Below are positions 40,701-49,913 of a stretch of DNA of 64,000 nt, in pieces; within the stretch, counting starts at the first letter, position 1; each line of letters opens with the position of its first letter. Below the pieces are notes generated by a model. The model ran no database searches and was not told the origin of the DNA. It worked only from the letters and a program-made list of their open reading frames with translations. The stretch is taken from NCBI RefSeq assembly GCF_041886205.1, contig NZ_CP169029.1; one strand, written 5' to 3'. The DNA comes from Escherichia coli (lineage in GTDB: Bacteria > Pseudomonadota > Gammaproteobacteria > Enterobacterales > Enterobacteriaceae). The translations under genes were made by a program, and so were the position numbers.

Positions 40701-43150
40701 CTCAGCCAGAAGCTGTGTCTGACGCCTGCTCAGGCCACTGTGGGCTGCCAATGCTAGTTGCTTTCAGACATTGCGCCAGGAATCGATGGCATAATGGTGT
40801 TGCTGGCTCCAGAACAATTAGGTGTATCTCTTCCTCCATGTAACTGTTGCAGAATGTGTTTGCCCTCCAGGAAGACGCTACCCAGACCAGAAGGAAGGGG
40901 TTACTTATTACTCTTGCTTCAGCTGGTACCTGTCCACTTTAGTGTAGACTGATGTCATCAACGAGCAATGAAATGGGTGGCGGAGGCCAGCCAATGAGTG
41001 GGCAAATGCGTTGTGTGTCATAGTGGTTTATCAGCACCATGCACCGAACGTGACCAGCTTGTTGTGGTTTTTGCTATGTTGTGAGGCCGATCACGGCTCA
41101 TCCCCGTCATGCTGTGAAGAAGGACTGTGCTGAAGTTTATTACTTATTTGTCCGAAGGTTATTAATTAGGGTACATGTTCACTTATGTTGTAGACGTGCT
41201 AGGTCGACGAGGACAAAGGAGATGGAGCTGATTGCCAGGCGGACGGTGGAGGAAAACGGACGAGCCCATTGTGATGGCTGGTCACTGTGAGTGAGTGAGG
41301 AAGATTGTGAGGAAAGTGGATGGAGCAGAGAGAGAGAGAGTCCAGTGAGCCCCCAAGACGGTTTGACCTCAACCACTCAGTGGTGCAACTGTTGATCTGC
41401 ACGCACCGAATGAGACAAGACCAGGTGGTTAGGAAATGCTGCACAGAAGTGGTGCGTCAGGATGCATGTTGTGATGCTGCCTCCACCAGTGTGGCCATCA
41501 AACCATGGTGGTGTCAAGTGGTGTTGTAATGGCGCCAGACACGAAAGTGAGGACAAACTGGCTGTTTATTGTTGCAGCACCGCACTCAGCGTGAGCATTA
41601 GGCCAGGAAGAGAGCAGTTACGAGTTATCCATGTTGCCTGTGCACCACCACTCGTCCAGCTGACTGCTTCTGCGTCAGACTATGCCCTTGCCGTAACCGT
41701 TGCCATTGCCGCGACGGAGCCAACGCCACGGAGCCAGCGTCTGCACATTTGTTGTCAACTCCATGTCAAGCGACCCCTCGGAACGGTTGTGACATTTATA
41801 TGCGGTGGCAGTTTGCCGCCGTTCCATTTCAGAGTTCAGGTGTGCGGGCGACAGAGCGACTCCTGATGAGTTGGTCATCAGAGCCATGCTCCCAAAAGCC
41901 ATGCTTTGAGCTGTCACGGGGACACAAATCCTAGGATCAGGCCTCGCCCTGTGTCTTCAGCAGGAATGTCATTTTACAGTACAACTGCAGTCCACCTCAC
42001 CAAAAAAAAATCAGACGCCCATCTGTGACTCATGAATGTTTGTAGTGGTTAGGTTAGGAGAGGCAGCCACCTAGATCATGTGCCAACATCCTTGCTAGTA
42101 AGTGGTTATGTGTGAGACCAGAAGAGGTTGTTAATTCAGAGTCAACTGCTGTAAGCGGTACAGGTAGCAGCTTACTGTTTCTATGTGTTCAAAGTGACTC
42201 ACCGACTAGTTGCTCTTTCTTTCAAATTTTTGCCAACTAACTTTATATACAACCACTCACCATCAGATCAATGATGAAATATTTTGCCGACTTGTGCAGG
42301 CACATCCATGCTATGTGTGGTGGAAGAGTGAATTTAGACAGCAGAAGTCATTGGAGGTCAAATAATCCTCCACGGTACCCTTTACCACTTTATTTTCACA
42401 CCCACAAATTGATGTCACCGGACAGGCCGTCCAATCACTAGGCCAACAAGCCGTTGAAATGTTCTGCCAGCAGAAGAAAATGTAAATATGCCGCCATTGC
42501 ATCGAATTTTAGTGACTGAGTGACCACCGCCTCACCCTAGCTTCACCATTCCTACCGCCTACATCTACAACCACTCAATTCATTAAACAGCCCTTCAGGC
42601 TCAGGAAGTCTTGCAGAATGTGTTGTAATTATCTAATACAATTGTCAAAGACTTGGTGACCAAAATGAAGTGATCCATCAGTTGCCCAGGTATGCATTGT
42701 AGTCAAGTGCCCTGTTTGTGATGTTATATATATATCTGATGAATGTAATAGGTTACACAGCAGAGTTGTGAATCACAGGTTGTTTTTTCAGTGGACGATG
42801 CATTCATGTAGCCATTCTTTTTACTAGATGAGGAAGGGAGCCATCATCATTTGAAGCTAATTTAAAACATCCAAAAATGTACCAGCTACAATTGTTTTTC
42901 ATCGAAAATAGAGGAGTTGAACATTTACAGTAGCCAGAATAAAGTGAGAGGAAAAATGAAATGCAGAAAGACAGGTTAGGCCAAGATACGGTCAAAGAAC
43001 TCAATAACTAGAGGAAACGACACACACCCGCCCTGTTTTAGGGTAATAAAACATGAGATGACAAACAACTGTGTGGCTGCTTCCGGAAATAAGATGCAGG
43101 CCCGAGCCAAGCATACAATTAGATATGTCACAAACGCCTCAACTAGTAGA
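34770..43150. other. ~8.4-kb block without credible protein-coding potential and with non-E. coli sequence character (boundaries approximate)
   Basis: Longest ORF in six frames is 190 aa and the translations are Cys/Trp-rich and random-like; (CA)7 near 34896, C15 at 39173-39190, (GA)8 near 41330, A9 near 42003, (TA)6 near 42727; apparent CpG under-representation; occupies the place of stpA...csiD. Confidence 0.6.
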
Positions 43151-43155
43151 TATGA

Positions 43156-45285
43156 TCAATCAGTTGTGGAGAATCTTGAGGAACGAGAAACATGATCACT
43201 CCCTGAATGATTGATCTCTCTGATGTTGCTAGGTGAGAGGCAACCTCTCAACCTTCTTTTATTTATTATAACTAGTCCATCATGAGGAGAGTGATTAATG
43301 TTCACAGAATCCCCACGACTAAAGGCCAGAACGTTTTTAGTTGCAAATACACCCTCAAATGCGCTCCATATTCCTGCTTTATCTATATATAATGCGTGGA
43401 ATTCATTGTAGAGCTGCTGATAGGTAGAGCAACCTTTATTAAGCCACGCCTCACCGCCGACACGCGTCGACCCATCATCATTTTTAATTTCAGTCGTTGA
43501 TTTTAATACTTGGCCATCCCAGTAAACTAAAGGCCTGCTGAACGGGAGAGCGGCCATATATGCCATTGCTAATTGTTCATCTTGTTGATGGTTAAATAGA
43601 AAGTCATTGAAAAGATTGCCATTGTTAGGAAAATCGTGGTTAATGTTAATCAATATCCGTCTTTTTGATGGGATGCTTGAGATTGTTGAACCCGGTTTTG
43701 ATGCAAGGGTTTGGAGATCGCCACCAAATGAAAAAGCTTTTATCGTCTTCATGAGCAATGAAAAATCAATGGCGCTTAAATCATCTCTTTCATAAAGCAG
43801 CGATGACATTTGTTGTTCATCCAACTGACTAGTTACCAGATATTCCATGTAATTCATAACGGCTTTTTCATGATATTTTGGGTTAAATAAGTTAGTATTG
43901 TGTAATCGCTCATTATAATTTTTAAGCGGTGGGGTTATTGATCTTTCTATTTGTTCATGTTTTGAGTGTTTTGCTGCATCGTAACGTAAACCTCGTACGC
44001 CATATTTTCGCATTTCACGAACGTATTGATTTTGCAGCATAATAACCTGGTCACTTTTGGGGGTTGTTTTAGGCATTCCATTTAAACGCTTTTCTTTTAA
44101 TGCATAGAGGTTTTCCCATTCATCCTTAGAAATATTATCTTTACTTGCTTCGAAGTCTTTTGCAGTGAGATGTATATCTTCTGGATGGATTTGTTTACGT
44201 TCTTTTGTTACTGGATCTATAGTAAATGGAATCAAAACCTGACCTTGCCAATAGCCAGGGATACCACTTTCTATATCTTTACTGATCTTCGCTCGTATAT
44301 CAGTAGAGGGATAATCCAGGTCATTTTTACCACTACCCCCGATTCCCATAAAGTTAAAGGTATAATCAGGAATGATATCGATACCAAATTTTTTAGCATC
44401 TTTAACCAATGCGATAAAATCCTGCAAATCTCCCATTGGATTATGGATGGTACAAAGATCTTCGGGTTGATAAGCGTGAAACCAGTAACCTTTTTCTTCT
44501 TCGGGAGTTTCTGGTCCGTCGGCGCGGAAAGTTGTCACTGGAGGGATTTGTATATACCCATAATGGCAACGTGCAAACTCAGACATATTTTCCCTGATTT
44601 GCTGGTAGGTGGCATTAAAAGCATGAAGAATCGCTTCGCCAGGTTTTTTAGGGGTGATGATTTCACATTGTGATTTCTGAACAGCAGTAAGAGATTTACG
44701 CTCAAGTGTTTGCCGTAGATGTTCTGGATTGATTAATATTTTAAATGTTTCTTGCTGTCCGGAAGGTGACGTCACGTTAATATTATATACATCGGCTGCC
44801 AGCTCATAGTCAGGGATGTTAATAGCATATGCAACATATTTATCTTTTGGGGAGGGTTTTTCAGATATAATGTGGGTGAAATATTCAGCAGGACCATACT
44901 GGTGAACCCCCTTGTTATCTTCTCTTTCATTCATTGTATCTCTTTGATAAATCCATGTTTTTCCTTCTCCTATCCTGTCTGGCGCTGTAATGCTACGCTG
45001 TGCAGCTTTATTCAGTTCACGGTAAGTTGTATCTGGAAAAAGGGAAATTTTATAATCGTTTTTTAACAGATCATTAATGATTTTTTCTGCGTGAAAAGTT
45101 GATATAATTTCTCTGTCTTTTAAATCCTGAGGATAAACTCCACAAGCATTAATAATATTTGTTACACAGTTTAGATATTCTAATGTATTTAATTTGGAAT
45201 TTAGATCCCCGTCAGTAATGTTCCATGATAACAATGTGGGGGTGTCGATAGGTAAATTTCTTGGTCCTGGTTTTATAGAAAACAT
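43156..45285 (-). CDS. ygaQ: Alpha-amylase family (GH13-like) protein, probable intact form of ygaQ
   Basis: 709 aa AT-rich ORF; motif GVRGLRYDAAKH resembles GH13 conserved region II (GxRxDAxKH); adjacent to ileY as ygaQ is in E. coli; C-terminal ~40 codons may run into the anomalous block. Confidence 0.5.
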   Translation of the reverse strand: MFSIKPGPRNLPIDTPTLLSWNITDGDLNSKLNTLEYLNCVTNIINACGVYPQDLKDREIISTFHAEKIINDLLKNDYKISLFPDTTYRELNKAAQRSITAPDRIGEGKTWIYQRDTMNEREDNKGVHQYGPAEYFTHIISEKPSPKDKYVAYAINIPDYELAADVYNINVTSPSGQQETFKILINPEHLRQTLERKSLTAVQKSQCEIITPKKPGEAILHAFNATYQQIRENMSEFARCHYGYIQIPPVTTFRADGPETPEEEKGYWFHAYQPEDLCTIHNPMGDLQDFIALVKDAKKFGIDIIPDYTFNFMGIGGSGKNDLDYPSTDIRAKISKDIESGIPGYWQGQVLIPFTIDPVTKERKQIHPEDIHLTAKDFEASKDNISKDEWENLYALKEKRLNGMPKTTPKSDQVIMLQNQYVREMRKYGVRGLRYDAAKHSKHEQIERSITPPLKNYNERLHNTNLFNPKYHEKAVMNYMEYLVTSQLDEQQMSSLLYERDDLSAIDFSLLMKTIKAFSFGGDLQTLASKPGSTISSIPSKRRILININHDFPNNGNLFNDFLFNHQQDEQLAMAYMAALPFSRPLVYWDGQVLKSTTEIKNDDGSTRVGGEAWLNKGCSTYQQLYNEFHALYIDKAGIWSAFEGVFATKNVLAFSRGDSVNINHSPHDGLVIINKRRLRGCLSPSNIREINHSGSDHVSRSSRFSTTD

Positions 45286-45844
45286 AATAACGTTCCTCTA
45301 ATGGTAGAGTAATATGATGTATACGGAAACATAAAAATGTTTAATTGTTATGAAAGTAATTGCAAACAGATGTCCTATTTTTATCCAATATTTATATGGA
45401 AAAGGATAATGCTTAAATCTGTTTTTTTAATTATCGATGTGGTCTGGAGAGGCAACTGTCAAAAATCGCTCATACGAAACTAATTATTAGCAGAATAAGT
45501 TCTATAAAAGAATATATTGCTATATGAAGTTTATTTTTATGGAGTGAAAAGTAACAGATATCATAATGATGCGAAAACTCTTCAGTTAATGTAATAAACT
45601 TATATTATTAGATACAAAATCATTACAAAGTATCATTGAATCAATGATAACTATAGATAGTGTTAATTATTAACATTTGCTTGTTGACTGCGAGTATCGA
45701 CTTTGCGAATGGAGGCGATGTCGGGTTTTATGTCGCATGTATTGACGACCCAAGGTGAATGGGAACGCATAAAAATCTGTTATTTACATCATAAGATCAT
45801 CATGTTTATTGCGTGGTTTATAAGTATTGTTATTGCATACTTAA

Positions 45845-45920
45845 GGCCCTTTAGCTCAGTGGTTAGAGCAGGCGACTCATAATCGCTTGGTCGCTGGTTC
45901 AAGTCCAGCAGGGGCCACCA
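45845..45920 (+). tRNA. ileY: tRNA-Ile2 (anticodon CAU, lysidine-modified type)
   Basis: 76 nt GGCCCTTTAGCTCAGTGGTTAGAGCAGGCGACTCATAATCGCTTGGTCGCTGGTTCAAGTCCAGCAGGGGCCACCA. Confidence 0.85.
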
Positions 45921-46036
45921 AATAAAACAAGGACTTAGACAGGAAGCTGGCTAAGTCCTTTTTGTTTTGTTTCAATCTGGGTGACGTAATGGGTGACGTA
46001 ACTCAACTATAGGTGCCGTAGTCAGGGAGATTTAGC

Positions 46037-46831
46037 ATGAGCTTTAAGGATAAAGTTGAAGAGAAAAAAATGCGCCGTATGGCCCGTCCCCCTGAGTTAA
46101 CGGTAAAGGACTGGATTAGCCTTTATGATCTTCTTCGTTCAGCCAAAGCTCAAGACTCAGAAGCCATGTACGAAGACTTCGCCTCTGTGCTGTTAACTAC
46201 CCTGTCGGTTGAGCATCATCCGGAACTATACCGCCTGGACGGAAACAAACTAAACGCTGTTGCCGATGACCATTTTGCCTGGGACCTACTATCCGCCCCA
46301 ATGAAAGGGAAAATGTCCCCTGAAGAATTGGCGAAGCGCCCGAAGACCCTTTCCCAACTTCTTTGTATCTACGATGAAGATATCAGTAACGACGAGTCAC
46401 TTCGTACACATGGCTTCTTGCGTGACGCTATTGCCCCTATCCTCGATTTCGAGCTTCTGGATAGCATCGAAGATGAGCCTGACTACAAAGAAAAATATTT
46501 CGAGTTGCTAGCAGCGCAAAAGCACTCGACTCCCCCGCCACTAAGAGGGGAAAGTTATGCTATCAAACGAGAAGAGTTGCTGATCACAGCCCTTGCGGTT
46601 ATCTCTCAAAATCAAAGAGACGCTAATAAAAAGGTCGTCCCAACAGTTACTGAACTTCTGAATCAGATAGAAAAACATGCCTCTGCGTTCTGGCCTCACA
46701 GTAAACAACTTCCGATGTCTCGTGAGAATGCTTCTAAAGAGCTAGGCTTCGCCTTACATCTTTTAGAACAACCAAATCAGAATATTGAATTTCTTCGGGA
46801 AGCCAAAAAAGCAAAAAGAAAAAGTGCATAA
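46037..46831 (+). CDS. Hypothetical protein (264 aa), acidic, no recognisable motif
   Basis: ATG with AGGGAG RBS; first gene after the tRNA 3' end, where an integrase is normally found. Confidence 0.55.
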   Translation: MSFKDKVEEKKMRRMARPPELTVKDWISLYDLLRSAKAQDSEAMYEDFASVLLTTLSVEHHPELYRLDGNKLNAVADDHFAWDLLSAPMKGKMSPEELAKRPKTLSQLLCIYDEDISNDESLRTHGFLRDAIAPILDFELLDSIEDEPDYKEKYFELLAAQKHSTPPPLRGESYAIKREELLITALAVISQNQRDANKKVVPTVTELLNQIEKHASAFWPHSKQLPMSRENASKELGFALHLLEQPNQNIEFLREAKKAKRKSA

Positions 46832-46963
46832 AAAGAAATAGTTACAAAAGGTACCCAGTAATCTTCAGGAAGGTACACGAGAAATATACCGTTCAGTTTG
46901 ATTAACTCCGTTCAGTTTCAGCTTTCACCACCAGGAGTTATTCAATTGAAAAATAAACCAACC

Positions 46964-47167
46964 ATGTCTGATAAGGTTGTCGCCCTTCATCAGCCCCAAC
47001 GTCTGATTCGCATTGATACAATGCTTCAGCTCCTCGATTGCAGTCGCACCACCCTCTACCGCTGGGTTAAAGCTGGCATTTTCCCACAGCCGATAATGCA
47101 TGAGGGCCGAACCGTAGGATGGCCAGCCAATACGTATCAATGCTGGCTTGAGCAAAATAACAAGTAA
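46964..47167 (+). CDS. alpA: AlpA-family phage/island transcriptional regulator (MerR-like HTH)
   Basis: IRIDTMLQLLDCSRTTLYRWVKAGIFPQPIMHEGRTVGWPANTYQCWLEQ matches the AlpA pattern; ORF track start 46898 is a TTG-initiated extension, ATG at 46964 more likely. Confidence 0.7.
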   Translation: MSDKVVALHQPQRLIRIDTMLQLLDCSRTTLYRWVKAGIFPQPIMHEGRTVGWPANTYQCWLEQNNK

Positions 47168-47272
47168 TTCTGTTTGTTAAAGGGCTGAAATATTCAGCCC
47201 TTTCTTCATCTGACAATGAAACAAACTGGAACAAAAACGATTATTTTCACCTATTCTGCGACATGCTAAAAC

Positions 47273-48589
47273 ATGAGTAACTCTCTGATTAATCAAGTAA
47301 CAAAGCCCTCACCTGGTCAGGAACTCACCTCGGTATTTAATACTATTACGCCCGATAAGCCTGGCAACCTTGTTGAATATCAGCCAAAGGGAACGTTTGT
47401 TTTCAAAGAAGTGATGTGGTCTGTGCTGCCAGAGAAACGCAACCAGGACACGAAGATCATGAAAAGAATCTTCGGGGCAGTTGACAAGGTATCAGCGATG
47501 TCTCGCTTTCTTGCGGTCAGATATGATTTTCGGCTCCCGACCTACAGTGCGGATAATCGCATAATGGATGATTTCCATAATTTACTTTTCCGCCAGTTAA
47601 GTAAGAACTACCCAAAATCGTTTATCAGCTATCTTTGGGTAAGAGAGCAGGGCTCAGGGGAAGCACAGCATTATCACTATTTGTTGATGCTGGATGGCAA
47701 CTATATCCGTTATCCAAATAAGCTGAATACGATTGTCCGACATTGCTGGGAACAGGTTGCTGGTGGTTCGGTATGGTTCCCGGAAAACGGTTATTACTTT
47801 GTGAGCGAAAATGATCTCAAGACCTATACCGAATTGATGCTGAGAGTTAGCTATCTGGGTAAGCGCCGTACTAAAGAGTCAATTGATAAAGGTATCAAAC
47901 TTTTTGGCTCAGGCATGCGCAAACCGAAACCTGTCGCGCCTTCACGCCAAAAGTCTGCAATAACACCCTGCAAGCCAATCAACCAAAAAGCGGAGACGAA
48001 AACCAACGATCAGGATATGACGTTGAAATCCACCTACTCAGGAATGTTGGACAAATATTTTCTGGGCAAAGCCCGATTACCCGCCGTTCTGCGTAAACGT
48101 TCATCCTATGAACTTTATGACGAAAATAAATGGTGGTGTAATTCACCACGTTGGTCCGGCCATCGTCATAACTACGTGTTAGAGGCTCTGATTACTGGGA
48201 TCAGCCTTTCTGATTACGCACGCAAGTACAAGTTGAATCCAGTACGGGTATATGCAAACTGTCGCCGTGTTGGGGGGCAAAGCCTTAAAATTATTCACTG
48301 GGCATGGCATCGCTATTGCTTCCAGAAAAGCAAATCCACACAGGATGACTACATTAACAATCACCGGCTGAATCATAAAACAGCTAAAAAGCAGTTACGG
48401 CGTAAACCAATGAGCTCTCACTGGAGCCAGCACTTTGATCGATATTATCAAAAGTACTGGCCGAAAGGCTGGACTGTGGCCGACTACTGCCGTGAACACA
48501 ATCTGGTCGCCAGCACTGCCAGACGTTATATAGTCGATTTTCCATTTATAGGCCTGATAGACCCGTTCTTGTTGAAACCATGGTTATAG
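47273..48589 (+). CDS. HUH-motif protein, YagK/YfjJ-like (inovirus Gp2-type replication-initiator-like domain)
   Basis: 438 aa; HUH-like motif AQHYHYLLML; typical neighbour of alpA in CP4-type islands; C-terminal half basic, Trp/His-rich. Confidence 0.5.
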   Translation: MSNSLINQVTKPSPGQELTSVFNTITPDKPGNLVEYQPKGTFVFKEVMWSVLPEKRNQDTKIMKRIFGAVDKVSAMSRFLAVRYDFRLPTYSADNRIMDDFHNLLFRQLSKNYPKSFISYLWVREQGSGEAQHYHYLLMLDGNYIRYPNKLNTIVRHCWEQVAGGSVWFPENGYYFVSENDLKTYTELMLRVSYLGKRRTKESIDKGIKLFGSGMRKPKPVAPSRQKSAITPCKPINQKAETKTNDQDMTLKSTYSGMLDKYFLGKARLPAVLRKRSSYELYDENKWWCNSPRWSGHRHNYVLEALITGISLSDYARKYKLNPVRVYANCRRVGGQSLKIIHWAWHRYCFQKSKSTQDDYINNHRLNHKTAKKQLRRKPMSSHWSQHFDRYYQKYWPKGWTVADYCREHNLVASTARRYIVDFPFIGLIDPFLLKPWL

Positions 48590-49176
48590 AGATGAAAACA
48601 CCATAACAGTGTCACCTGGTATACTTACTGAGCGCGGCGTAACTTAAATATAAACACTTAGCCGCCATCAGTAAGCAGAGCCTTATCAACACTACCAGGG
48701 AATTATTGTGCAGCATGATAGCTGAGGTACCTCTCAATTCTTGACGGACATTAACGCACAGACAACGCTGATTACCTCCTGTAAGCCAATTTATATCTGC
48801 TTGCTGCCACATATCCGCTGGGACTAATCCCCTTTAAACACCTTTTACTTCAAAAAAATGTTTTCCTTCTGATTTATCCCATACGCGAAATAATGAAGAT
48901 TTTATTTTAATTACTAATACTTTCAATGAGATAAGATGCATACATTCTTACACTCATATGATCACTTTTATTTTTCTTTTAATATCAACACGTTATGAAT
49001 TGATCAGCACAAAAGTCACTGCAGGGGGTTAGCTGATTGAACGTTTCAGTTCGTTTCTAATGGCCACATATAGATTCACATCAAGAACTAGTGATCACTG
49101 TAGGGTAACGGTATGCCCAGATCAGCCTGCAGGGTATTCGCTGCGGATGACATGAAAAACAAAGACAGGGGATTGC

Positions 49177-49824
49177 TTACGGGTCAACAAACACACTGAT
49201 GGGGAGGTTAAACCGGCGCGCAAGTGCTCGCTTGTGATCCAGTGTTAATGTGCAATCCCCTTTCAGGATGCGACTCACCAGAGATTTATTACCAATCTCT
49301 TCTTCAAAATCGCTCTGAGTCAGTTTGTGCTGATCCATCAGTACGCGCAGTAAGGCAACACCCGTTGGGACCGCTGCAATACGGCTATTAAATTCAGCAA
49401 ACTCCGGCGCTTCATCTTCATACTGACCGATTTTCGCAACCAGAATATCCACCAGCGGATGGTCCGGCTCGTGTTCAATCAGATACTCGACCAGAGCCAG
49501 TGCATCTTCACTGTGGAAGCGTACGACTGATGTATAGGTAACATTTTGTTCAGTAATATATTTCATGGCTGCCAGTAAGTAGGAAGCTTTGAAAGTCACG
49601 TCCTGATAGTCCTTAGCTAACAAACTCCCATTCTCTTCAAACCGTTCAACAAATGCTGCAACTTCTTTTGGATCGATACGGCTGGTTTTATCTTTTCCGT
49701 TTCGAACAAACAGCTTTTGTTCTTCAGTATATAGCGTAAAAGGTACCTTCCTTGCCCCAGTAGACAGTTCAACTGGTTGGGAAAAAGACTCCAACATTAA
49801 ATGATAGAAATCTTTATAAGTCAT
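49177..49824 (-). CDS. Two-domain protein: unknown N-terminal domain + C-terminal XRE-family HTH
   Basis: 215 aa; C-terminus LTQSDFEEEIGNKSLVSRILKGDCTLTLDHKRALARRFNLPISVF fits HTH_XRE; lies 89 nt downstream of mcrC on the same strand. Confidence 0.6.
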   Translation of the reverse strand: MTYKDFYHLMLESFSQPVELSTGARKVPFTLYTEEQKLFVRNGKDKTSRIDPKEVAAFVERFEENGSLLAKDYQDVTFKASYLLAAMKYITEQNVTYTSVVRFHSEDALALVEYLIEHEPDHPLVDILVAKIGQYEDEAPEFAEFNSRIAAVPTGVALLRVLMDQHKLTQSDFEEEIGNKSLVSRILKGDCTLTLDHKRALARRFNLPISVFVDP

Positions 49825-49913
49825 GATTACTACTCCCTCATCATTTTAGCACTCAAGAAAATACATGATGTGGTTGATTATCCGGTTGATAATTATGAAT
49901 CGTCATCGTCTCA

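Noticed and set aside
40150-40722. 190-aa ORF, the longest in the anomalous block
   Set aside because: Cys/Trp-rich, low-complexity, no RBS; ORF length distribution in the block is what chance predicts for ~50 percent GC DNA
45286-46036. Looked for a tyrosine integrase adjacent to tRNA-Ile ileY
   Set aside because: No integrase-like ORF on either strand next to the tRNA; the adjacent gene is an unrelated 264-aa protein
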